Shown: positions 27,677 through 37,792 of the stretch, piece by piece
How the letters are laid out: every line of letters begins with the position of its first letter
How positions within the stretch are numbered: position 1 is the first letter of the stretch
NCBI GenBank assembly: GCA_965248755.1
Contig: OZ252149.1
Coordinates: 4,192,001 to 4,256,000 of the forward strand
DNA length: 64,000 nt
Direction of reading: 5' to 3'
Source: Candidatus Latescibacterota bacterium
GTDB taxonomy: Bacteria; Latescibacterota; CBDEFO01
Program-made: the position numbers and the translations under genes
The notes under the pieces: generated by a model
The model's database searches: none
Told to the model about the DNA's origin: nothing
Seen by the model: only the letters and a program-made list of their open reading frames with translations

Positions 27677-30392
27677 CTATTTCACTAATACTAGCTTCCT
27701 TGTCTTCACAAATCCATCTGTTTCCATCCGATACAGATAGACTCCGCTGGCAAGGCTCTTTTGATTGTCATCTTTGCCGTCCCAGACTACCAAGTAGCTA
27801 CCATCTGATCTGTGACCATCCACCAGTGTCGCTAACTTCTGCCCCATGAGATTGAACACAGATAGCTTAACGTGGCCTCCAACAGGATGATCGAAACGGA
27901 TCACTGTCTGGGGGTTAAACGGATTGGGAAAGTTCTGCTCCAGGGTAAATCCTTGTGGGCGTCCGGCGATGTGCTCTTCCAGCACGGCGGTGATCGCTCT
28001 AGCGGTGACCAGGCGTATATCATCGAGAAAGAAGGTACCTTCCAGATTCCCAAAAAAACCGATACCCTCGATCGGCTCGGTCAGTTCAAGCGCTTCCAGA
28101 CCAATCTCCACCTCCTGCCAGTCCTTCAGATCCAGATCCACTATATCTTCTTCCAGTAACTCCACGATATTGGGAGTACCTGCACTACGAAAGTCCACAT
28201 TAAAAAGCGCTTCTCCTTCAGAAGGTCGGATCGCATCTCCTGGATGAAAGGAAAAACTTAGAGATTTATAAGACAGAGGATCTACAGGATCGGCCAGCAG
28301 ATATATAAAAGCAAAACCTTCTCCCGGCGGGCCCCCGACCGGTGAAGGCCCGCTCTCCACTGCCAGGGCAAACTGTCCCTGGTGGACTACGGTATCTTCC
28401 TGGAAGTCCAGCTTCCCCTGGAAGGCTTGCACCTGCCCAATGTCCGCCAGTGCATCTGCGAAGATTACCAGATCCTCGGTCGGCAACCCGACCGGTACGC
28501 GGATGCCCTTAGACAAATTCGTCCAATAGGGTCCCAGCAAAGTGGCCTGTTCAATCAGGATCGATACAATCTTTAAGCCAGTGAGATCTCCCACCGCAAG
28601 GATCACCGGTTCCAGCCGGTAGGTGCCATCCCCCCTGTTCATAAGAGGCACCGCCTCAGGTCCACCGAGACCGCTCAGATCCGCTGTGACCCGGGTGATC
28701 TGGGCCCCCGCTTCAAAGAGGGCCGGCCGTACCGTGGCGATTAAATCGATTGTCTCGCCAACAAGCACGGAATCGGGGAAATTGTTTTCCCAGACCGCGG
28801 GGTGGACAACGTGGTAGTCCTCCCGTCCCTCGAAGACGCGGATCTTCTGATCCGCCGGAACATCGCTCAAAACATCCACCACCCCAGAAGGCCAGTGGAT
28901 CTCCAGTTGATCTACCTGGGTGTGCGCTCCCAGACCGAAATGCACTACTATCTCCTCCTGGGTGAAGCCGTTGCCCCCGAAGATATCCCGCGTCTGTTGC
29001 AGATTTCCAGATGTGGCCACCAGCCGCGCGCCGATGCCGTTGCGATTGCTCTGAATGCCCACCAACTCCACCCGCAGATAGTGGTTGTCGTTGCCGTTGT
29101 TGCGGTACAACGCCGGATCGGAGGAGGTGAATTCTCCTGGGACACCGCTGCCCGATACCCACACATCCAGGAAGCCATCTCCGTCGAAGTCAGCGAACGA
29201 GAAAAAGCCCGCTGAGTTTATTCCCAACCGGCTTGTCTGCTCCACGAAGGTCCCATCCCCGTTGTTTTCAAAGAGCCGAATGAAGGGAGCCCCGATCAGC
29301 AGATCCAGCTCCCCATCGTTATCGATATCCACCAGGGTGGCTATCGCATTTTCCGACAGATATGTGGGCGGCACTTCATACAATATGGATAATCCCGCTT
29401 CATTGGCAACGTTTGCGAAACGGCCCTCTCCCAGGTTTGAGAACAAAAAAGAGGGAGACGGTGTAGTACCGCCAGCCACGCCGCCGCCGCCGGCCTGGAA
29501 AATATCCAGATCCCCGTCGTTGTCGATGTCCCCCACGGTCACCCCGAAGACTTTGCCAGAATCCTCGATCGCCGGCGTGGTAGCATCCCGGAACCCGCCT
29601 TGACCATCGCTCAGAAAGAGGCGGTTGGGCGCATTCCAGACGCCTAAGTAGAGATCTGGCCAGCCGTCGTTGTCGAAATCACCGGCCCCTATCCCGTGGA
29701 CGCTCCCCCCCCCCGGTTGGGTGTAACTGCAGATCCAGGCCAGCTTGCTCGGTCACGTCTGTGAAGGTGCCATCCCCATTGTTGCGGTGGAGTTTGTTGC
29801 GGAGCTCCGGATCGTCCTCCGAACCACCAATTGAGCTCGGCAGAAACCAGTGTCCCACGTAGAGGTCCAGGTGCCCATCCCGGTTATAGTCCAGCCAGAT
29901 GGCGTTGTCCGTGGGCAGGATATCCACCAGGCCTGCCTCCTGGGTTACGCCCCGGAACACTCCTTGGTTGTTGCGCAGAAGCGCATCCTGTCTGCGCTCG
30001 AATACATGTCCGACTGGCAGGTAAAGATCCAGATCGCCGTCGTTATCGTAGTCCCCGAAGACCGATCCTCCGCCTTTCAGTCCTGAGGGTATATCTGCTC
30101 GTATGGCAGCAGTTCGATCCGTAAACCGGCCATTGCCCTCGTTGTACAGCAGCCTTAACCCAGCCCCCCCAAACGCCGCGATAAACAGGTCAGATCGGCC
30201 ATCGTTATTGTAATCTCCAAAGGCAATACTCCCGGCGTCGGGCCGCACACCCGGCAGCGGCCTTCCGATAATTCCTTCGGTCACATCCGTAAAGAAAGTC
30301 TGTGCAGCAATCGGGTCAGCCAAAAGAATGCTAAAGCAGAAGAGAGCATTCCACAATATAAATAACCCCAAGCGAGCTGGTGTACCAATCAT
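27677..30392 (-). pseudogene. FG-GAP repeat / ASPIC-UnbV (CRTAC1-like) secreted protein with FlgD-Ig/T9SS-like CTD; frameshift at poly-C ~29705-29714
   Basis: Signal peptide; GDYNNDGRSDLF, GDYDNDGDLDLY, GDIDNDGDLDIF; SNRNGIGAR..HFGLG..IHWPSG; LEQNFPNPFNPQT..SGVYLYRM. The shift lies in a homopolymer and may be a sequencing error. Confidence 0.8.
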
Positions 30393-30507
30393 CTCTTACC
30401 TCCCGGTCAATATTAAGAGGACTCCCATACATGGAAGACCCAAAGTTGTATTATGAAGTCTTAATTTAGCATACATTTCCCATTTGACTTCTAGACGGGG
30501 AGAATCC

Positions 30508-30580
30508 CCCTAACGACCAAGCTCACCTGCCCCTATGAAGCACAGCGGAATAGCAGTCGGGTGCAGCTGCTTTGTTAGGT
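30508..30580 (-). other. Integron attC recombination site (solitary)
   Basis: Minus strand ACCTAAC-AAAGCAGCTGCACCCGAC...GGCAGGTGAGCTTGGTC-GTTAGGG: RYYYAAC and GTTRRR boxes around a 73-nt imperfect palindrome. Confidence 0.75.
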
Positions 30581-30590
30581 TTTGTTATTT

Positions 30591-30658
30591 CGACATTCCC
30601 CATATCACATACATGAGGGATTATATTTCGATACAATCTTGTTTGTGAATGAATATTA
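30591..30658 (-). mobile_element. Orphan IS1380 right-end fragment
   Basis: CGACATTCCCCATATCACA..GAGGGATTATATTTCGATAC.., near-identical to 37794-37861. Confidence 0.8.
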
Positions 30659-30689
30659 ACTTGTATTTCATTCCATTACTTAACTCTAT

Positions 30690-30806
30690 CTTGGCGTTGC
30701 TACTCGTACTCGGTAGTGTCGAACAATCAGGAAAATGATATAAATGGGTAGATCAATTTGGTGGTAAGATACAAAATTAGACAGTGGATGTCAATAGGAA
30801 TTGTGG
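30690..30806 (-). promoter_or_regulatory. Duplicated sigma70 promoter and leader segment, copy 1
   Basis: TTGACA (30794-30789)-17 nt-TATCTT (30771-30766); homologous to 42347-42466. Confidence 0.65.
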
Positions 30807-30860
30807 GGCAGAAAGTCAGACTAAGAAACGCCAACGCTCCGCAACCGACTGCAAAAAATG

Positions 30861-31331
30861 TTAGGTGGAATTGTCTCTAACAGGTTGCTTAATATCAGAT
30901 GTCTTACCGAGAAGGTCAAGGCTCCACAACCCGCTCCCGATCCATATGAGATAGAGGCACAGGGCAATGGTAATGGCCGGGATGATCGGCTTTTCTGGCT
31001 GCAAAGGGAACAGCCTGGGATCATCCACGACTAAGTGGACGTAGGTCGCAACCACCATCATCACAATCGCAGGGAGGATGGCCAGACGCGACAGAAACCC
31101 CAAGATGAAGAGTGCTCCGACGACAATCTCAACCGCCGGCACAACCCACATATTGAGCGAGTGGAACGGGATACCAGCTGCAGTTAGCTGGCCGGAAAAC
31201 GCGGAACGGAGATCGGAAACGGCGAACTTCATAACGCCTGACGACAGGAATAGTAGCCCCAGAAGGATACGGATTACGGCGGCGGAATAGCTGGCCCGCG
31301 TTTGACGCAACTTGGTCAACGTCTCGTTCAT
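30861..31331 (-). CDS. DoxX family membrane protein
   Basis: IRILLGLLFLSSGVMKF, EIVVGALFILGFLSRLA, GSGLWSLD. Confidence 0.9.
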   Translation of the reverse strand: MNETLTKLRQTRASYSAAVIRILLGLLFLSSGVMKFAVSDLRSAFSGQLTAAGIPFHSLNMWVVPAVEIVVGALFILGFLSRLAILPAIVMMVVATYVHLVVDDPRLFPLQPEKPIIPAITIALCLYLIWIGSGLWSLDLLGKTSDIKQPVRDNST

Positions 31332-31506
31332 CTTGTGCTCCTTATCGTCTTTACTTTCTGTAGAGAGAAAATATGTAACAAGATAAAAGTTGTCACGACA
31401 TAAGGTGGAATCAGGTCAAACATTTAGATAGTGGAAGTCAATGAAAATAGGGCAGTTTTTGCCCTCAACAAATCAATACTATTGATAGTGGAGATGGCAA
31501 TATCTC

Positions 31507-31932
31507 TCAGTTCTTTACTTCGGGTTCCCAGTCTTCTAGCCCGTGCAACGCACGAACGTCCGGCACGACACCCTCTTCAAACGTGCGCAGGGGCACGAAT
31601 TTTAGATCGTTCCAGCGGGCAATGCCGAGCTCGATGGAAAACTCTTCCAGCTTATGAGGCTCTTTGGTCTCGACAGCCCAGAGGAAAGTGTGTTCGAGAC
31701 CGGAATGATATCGGTCCAAAATAGCAGTGACTCCATACTTCTCCATCAACGGTCGGAGGTCCATCGCGTTGGCTGCGATTACCTCTTTAGCCGTCTCGCG
31801 ATTGTTGACTGGGCAGTCGTGCCGGTTGTGCGCACCGTAGATTCCCCACAAAGTTGGTTCCGCCGAGGCGCTTCCAGCAAAGAACGATACCGATGCGATA
31901 ATCGATGCATAGACGAGATGCTTCACTCTCAT
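31507..31932 (-). CDS. Secreted hypothetical protein
   Basis: AAGGAG RBS; signal peptide MRVKHLVYASIIASVSFFAGSASA; HNRHDCP and LEHTFLWAVET motifs. Confidence 0.7.
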   Translation of the reverse strand: MRVKHLVYASIIASVSFFAGSASAEPTLWGIYGAHNRHDCPVNNRETAKEVIAANAMDLRPLMEKYGVTAILDRYHSGLEHTFLWAVETKEPHKLEEFSIELGIARWNDLKFVPLRTFEEGVVPDVRALHGLEDWEPEVKN

Positions 31933-32324
31933 TACTGGTCTCCTTACTGTTTTAAGGCTTCTCATGCCAGATCTTCCAGACCTAAAACTTGTTACCCGCC
32001 ATCTTGGCTCACTTCGTTCCATCCAGTAGGGTATAGTAAACATGATGCGACTCCTTTTGTTTTGTCTCTCCCAACAAACAATGCCGTGTAGCACTTGCTG
32101 CAGGTTTGAGTTTTTCTTTGGCATTTCCTGATTCCGAATGATGCATGTGTTCAGATGTTGTTCTTCCTCCATACAATGCCTTTCATATTGATAGACAGCT
32201 ATGTTCTTGTTTGCTGTCCACGTTGTTGCCAGCTTGCCCTATGGCCTCAGTCCTGGCCTAACCTCTTTGACTTTGCGAGTGTATTCTTCCAAGGTTGAGA
32301 CACCTATATATATAACCTAACTCG

Positions 32325-33035
32325 TCACCTATCGATAGCCATAAACAACGTGTTTAGTGATTCAGCCAGCGTGGGATGAGAGAACATGCCATCGCGAAGG
32401 GCAGTGTAGGGCAGGTTGCCCATCATCGCCAATTGGAGCATCGACATGATCTCGCCCCCTTCGATGCCCAGAATGACAGCGCCCAGAATTTGATCGGTAT
32501 CAGCATCGACGATGGCCTTCATAAAACCTCTAGTCTCGCCGACATCCATTGCTCTGAGTACCATCGCCATAGGAAGTCTGGCAACTCGAATGTTGCGTCC
32601 TTGCGCGCGGGCCTCCGTCTCGGTCAGCCCAACCCGACCCAGTTGGGGATCGATGAATGTAGTATGGCGCACCACTTCAGGAAGACTCTCGGTAAGCATT
32701 GCCGTAACCGTGGTTCCCGTGAGCAGGCCGAATCTCGGCACCAAACCCGTAACCGCCCAGTCCCGAGTAATTTCGATGTCGTCAATGTGCACGAGCAGAG
32801 TGTCGCCCTTCTCCGCGCCATTGACGTAGACCGGTCATGTTTGCGGGTTCAAGTACGGATATTTACAGACCTCGGAATAACCTTGCTCTTCGCGCACCAA
32901 GCGATTCTCTAAGCAGTCCACACAGTGAATACGTACACGCTGCCCTGGCTCTACATCGGCAATCGCTTCATGGGCGGCCGAAAACGTATACAGATACCGT
33001 TGGTGTTGATGAATATCCAAGATTTCGTCACTCAT
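32325..33035 (-). pseudogene. Chimeric remnant: acetamidase/formamidase N-terminus fused to a MerA/RclA-like disulfide-reductase dimerisation domain
   Basis: YTFSAAHEAIADVEPGQRVRIHCVDC..LNPQT / frameshift / VYVNGAEKGDTLLVHIDDI, then from ~32668 FIDPQLGRVGLTE..GFMKAIVD..ILGA..HPTLAESLN. Confidence 0.8.
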
Positions 33036-33060
33036 ACTACTGCTCCTTGCGAGTCCTTCT

Positions 33061-35649
33061 TCAGTTGTACGGCAGCAACCTGAGCGGGCTTCCGCCTTCT
33101 TCAACTCTGCGGAAAAATGTCAACTCGAGTTGGCTGGCCAGATCAGGTCTAGCCTTCAGAAGGGACAATCGATCCCGCACCAGAGGGGCGACCGGTGCGG
33201 CTTTGGCGCCGAGAGCGATGAGGTACCTGACTACATCCTTCCACGCCCCGGAATTCTCTTTGTCGCCCAGCAGCCCGACCATAGTTTTGAGGTCTGACTC
33301 CTCGCCACGAATGCAGAACAGGGCGTAGCACGTGTCAGCCAGGTGTGAGTTTTGCGGCGTGCGGTACCGTTCCAGGACCGGGACGGCCTCAGAGGCCGCC
33401 GGCCCTATCGCCGCCAGCGTGCGGGCGATCAGATTCTCATTGCCTTCGGATTCTTCGTACGCCTTCGCGAGGGTGGGAACAGCACTCGCAGCCCCCGGAC
33501 CCATGCCCGATAGCACCTGCAAGCCGACCGCCTTACGGAGGTAAAGAGGGAAAGGACCATCATAGTGGGTTCCCAGCAGAGCCAACGCGTCAGGCAGCGC
33601 GGGTGCAGCCGCCTCACCGCAGAGGAACAGCCCGAGAGCGGCCAACTGCACGACCGAGCCGCCCCCGTCTCGCAGCGCCTGGCGAAGCGGTGCGACAACA
33701 GTACGAGCATACGGCGACAGATCATCCGGTAGGTAGCCCTTCACATCTTCATCCCAGCTCGGGGGACGCGTCATGCCGGTGAGGGCGAACGTTGCGCCCA
33801 GACGCACGTAAGCATCGGGATGCGACAGAAGCGACGACACTCTCGGCGCCGCCAGATACGCATCCGGACCGATCATTTCGATTGCGCGCAATGCCGGAAT
33901 GCGAACCTCCGGATCCGCAAGCGCCTCGACCAGTGCATCCACGGCCGGGGATACCCCCGGGCCGTCCATCTCAAAGAGCGCCCACGCCGCAGCGCGACGC
34001 TCGGAGGTCTCGGCGCTTTTCAATCCCGCGATGCATTCATCCACCGACTTGCCCCGGAAGGCGGCGGCCTCGTCCTTGAGGTTCGTGACCGGCCACGGCT
34101 CAACGCGGCCGGTCGGCGCGCTCAGCTTCTCTATATAGTCGGACGCAGTTGCCAGTATCTCGTCGTATTCATCGAAGGTCAACGGTTTTCCCTCCTCGAC
34201 CAGGTGGGGATCGAACGGGGCCAGGCGGGCCCGCAGGGCCTCGAGCCATGCGGCCGCCTCCACGGCTAGGGGATCACCCTCGTTCGCCGCCGCGCAGTCC
34301 TCGACCATCTGGAGATAGCGATAGTCGTCAACGCCCTCGCGACGCGCTTCCCAGCCGGTGAGGGGCATCGGCTCGTCACTGCCGGGCAACCACCAGGCAT
34401 GGCCGTGGCGGGTTCCGTCGGTGTAGGCCCATACGACATTCCCCCCAAGCCGGTGCGCCCAGGTGTAAAGTCCCGCATAGTAACGCTGCCGAACCGGCTT
34501 GTAGCCTTCTCTCAGTATGCGATACGAATACGTCCAGACCTGCGCTCCGCGGCGCTCCGCCTCGGCCCGCATCTCGGGCGTGATATGTCCGTCATGAACG
34601 ATCCACACATCGTGGACGTCACCGTGCGCGTACGTCGCCGTGCCAGACATGCCTGTCCCCAACCGCATGGACACGTCGCGCATAGGAAGATACGTTTCCC
34701 TCAACCCGGGTGCGGGATAGGGCGGCTCATCCCAGCCGTATACGATGATCTCCGGCCATCCCTGCTCCAGGCGTTGCGCCTCCAGCCACGCCACCGCCGC
34801 TCTTCTCTGTCCTTCCTCGATGTTCGCGATATTGCCCTGTAGAATGAGACACGGCACATCCGGATGGATGAGTCCCGCCTCCTTCGCCAACCCCAGGGAC
34901 TTCGGCAGCCTGCTGCTCTTGGGTGGCGACTCGCTGAAGTCTCCCGCCCCGTAGAACGTGACTGAGTTCTGCCCGTGCACCGTCATGTCCCGATAGTCAG
35001 GAAGGGAACCCCCGCGATAGAACATGCCGAACGCGGCGCGCGGCGTCTGTAGCAGAAAGGGTCGCACCTGTACGTTGAGATCAACAACCGTCACCGGCTT
35101 GACCGCGGGTTTGATGCGGATCTTGCCCGCGTGCGGACCCTCGGATGTCTCGCGATCCGCAAGAAACGTCAGCCAGAAATTGACGCTCGTGCCCCTGGGA
35201 AGGTCGGCTACGACATCACCCCGCTGCAGATAGACTTCTCCGAGTATCGTGCTCAGCCACGGCATGTCCGTTTCAGCTAGTTTCTGATTGACGCCAGGGT
35301 CGATGCGATGATAAACGGTTACCTCGAGGTCCGATTCCACCTCGATCCGGACGTCCTTGACGCCGTCCGAGATCGCGTGCACGCCGAACTGAATAGACTC
35401 GTACTCATTCCTGGCTAAGGCGCATGAAAGTTTCTTCACAACGTCGCCCGGCGCGGGTACGTGCGAAGGCGGCAGGTTCTTCAGCGTGCTGTAATTAAAG
35501 ACAACGTAACCCTTGTCTCGATCCAGTTTCATCCACTCCACGGGCGCACCTGAATTATCCTTCATGTTAGCTTCCCCCTCTTAGTTGGCATTGAGAACCG
35601 TTAATCCAACGGCCAGTAATGTATAGGCAATTATGCTGCGTTTTCTCAT
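33061..35649 (-). pseudogene. GH123/DUF4091-like glycoside-hydrolase-domain protein with C-terminal HEAT repeats; in-frame TAA (35581-35583) after the signal peptide
   Basis: GGAG RBS + MRKRSIIAYTLLAVGLTVLNAN*EGEAN in frame with the 834-aa ORF; ARNEYESIQFGV, YGWDEP, WEARREGVDDYRYL; HEAT repeats. The downstream ORF from 35565 could still be translated. Confidence 0.7.
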
Positions 35650-35801
35650 GTTCCATCTCCTTTCAGCGAGTTAGGATCCGTTTTGTCGGCACGTTGCGAC
35701 CGGCCAATTCACTTCCCCACCGAAAAGACCCTTTATCTTTCCTATACCTTTTACCAGGTCCTACAAGCGACAATGTCTAGCGACATGGAAGTTCTCTTGC
35801 T

Positions 35802-36197
35802 TCACCGCAACAGCAATCTGAGAGGCGGCGCCCCTTCCTCCACTCTCTTGAAGAAAACGTCCTCGATGTAGCGCCTTAGCGAAGGATCGGTATCCAGAAG
35901 TGGTAGCCGTTCCCTGACCAGGGGGACAACCGACGCGGCCTCGCTGCCCAGGGCCGAGAGGAACCTGGCGGCATCCCGCCACCAGTCAGGTATTCCCGTC
36001 GTATCCGTTCCCTCCGCTACCTCAAATCGAATACCCTTGTTCCCTTCATATTGTCTTGTGTGGATAACGTCACCAAAAATAATCGGCTCTGGGATGCCTT
36101 CAGAAAAAGCCTCGCAACCCAAAATATCATTATCCCAAATATACTGAGGCATGTAATATCGACATACCACACAGATTGGAGCCACTCCAATGGTCAC
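35802..36197 (-). pseudogene. Chimeric ORF: phage-type small Cys/His protein fused to the C-terminus of a paralog of the HEAT protein
   Basis: CVVC..CEAFSEGIPEPIIFG..HTRQYEGNKGIRFE, then WRDAARFLSALG..FFKRVEEGAPPLRLL, matching the end of 33061..35565. Confidence 0.65.
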
Positions 36198-36504
36198 TTT
36201 GCACCAATCCTCTTTTTAGCTTGAGTATTTCTTCCTTGGCTTTTTTCTGTGCCTTCGGCGTTAGTTCAGCAATATATTTAACAACAAGAAGTATCTATCC
36301 AAACACTGTTTTTCATAATATCCAACAATTCTTTGTGGTGTCTAACGTAAGGAAGACTCTTAATTGCACATAGCGAAGGCTTCACCAATGTCTGATATTT
36401 ACGTGGGTCTGAGAAAAAACCCAAGACAGACTTACACTATGAACGCAAAATGTACACCACATTTATATGGAGGAACTTCAGATGGAGATTAACTAAAGGA
36501 AATA

Positions 36505-36834
36505 TTATAAGGAGGAGAACGGCGGAGAGCGACTGCGGAGAAGTAAAAGGAAAGGATAGGATATGCGCGGACAGAAAAGCGGAATGAGGCTTATCAGAAA
36601 AGCTGTCGGATAAATCAGGACCGCAGACGAACGCACACACACCGGAATGTGAGTCAAGATGCATAAAGGACAGTTGATCTCATCCAGATAATTTGTCCCA
36701 TATGGATGTACATGCCCCCAGGCTTCTGTCCCATATGCATGAACGTGACCCCAGGCTATGAAGAACAACAATAGAAGAACCAGGGCTATAAGAGGCGCGA
36801 AAATTGAACCGAAACTATGTCTGGTATTGTTCAC
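36505..36834 (-). CDS. DUF2946-like small protein (TM, His-rich, CPLC, C-terminal RSPP)
   Basis: Hydrophobic N-terminus; AWGHVH(A/P)YGT twice; CPLC; RSRSPP. Confidence 0.6.
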   Translation of the reverse strand: MNNTRHSFGSIFAPLIALVLLLLFFIAWGHVHAYGTEAWGHVHPYGTNYLDEINCPLCILTHIPVCVRSSAVLIYPTAFLISLIPLFCPRISYPFLLLLRSRSPPFSSL

Positions 36835-37028
36835 TGTAACGTACCCCGCTTAAAATCCCGGTCAAGTATGGGTTTTCTTTGTAGTAAATATGTTAAATGA
36901 CAATGCCAAGGTCAAGCTCTTTTTGAAGCTTACATAAAAACAGCGAGGGCCAGAGCAACAAGATTTGGAAAGAATGTATAACAGGGCGGACAGAAGGAGG
37001 GCTAAATAATACTTACATTTTGCGACGT

Positions 37029-37792
37029 TTACAGGGAGTTAACGCTGCTTTTCAAAGCTATGAGATTCTGAACGGCGTTTTCGTAGTTAGGATCTAATCT
37101 TAAGGCGGCTCTGTAGCTGGATAGAGCCGATTCGTACTGTCCCATCTGCGCATAGCAGGAGCCGAGATTGGTAAGAACTTGGGGGTCAGCATTGCCACTC
37201 TCACAGTTGTTACGGTGGAGGAATCTTTCGTAAAGCCCTGCGGCTGTTTCGTAATCTGCAATGTTCACGCTTATGTCTCCGAGCTTCCTGATGGCTTTAA
37301 GTGACATGTCTTCGACAAGTTTTGTCCTTTCGACGATGCTTTTGACCTTGTCCCTTCTATCTTGAGCGATATATACCTGGGCCAGATTCAAAAGGGCTTC
37401 CGGCCAGTCAGGCTTGTACCTCAGGGCAGCATTTAACTCCTCTAGAGCCTTATCGAGTTTGCCCTTGAGAAGATATACATACCCAAGTCCATTGTGAGCC
37501 TCAGAATATGTGGGGTCTATCTCTGAGGAAGCTTTGTATGCCCGTTCGGCTTCCTCCAAAAAGGTCAGCGATTTTGAGGAAGAGTGGTGCGACCATAGTG
37601 AAAGGTAGCAGTATCCGATCAAAGAGTAGGCGATTGCATGGTCTTCTATGGTGTTGACTATGAGAAAGTTGAGCTTTGGGCTATCAACCCATTCTTGCCT
37701 TTTTGCAAGATAGGTCTGTAGAACTTGGATGGACTTTTCGTGTTCCCTTGTTTGGAGATAGACCTGTCCCAATGTAAGAAGGACGTCTATAT
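37029..37792 (-). pseudogene. TPR-repeat protein, 5' part removed at the IS1380 boundary
   Basis: Several TPRs (EAHNGLGYVY, EALLNLAQVY, VLTNLGSCY); the ORF-track start (37817) lies inside the IS end. Confidence 0.8.

Noticed and set aside
30829..30866. Second attC overlapping the DoxX stop (ACCTAAC...GTTGGCG)
   Set aside because: Only 38 nt with poor internal dyad symmetry; at most a degenerate relic.
9243..35583. Stop-codon reassignment as the explanation for the in-frame TAA/TAG codons
   Set aside because: The stops replace different expected residues (Glu-like, Trp, Tyr), and intact genes here end normally with TAA, TAG and TGA.
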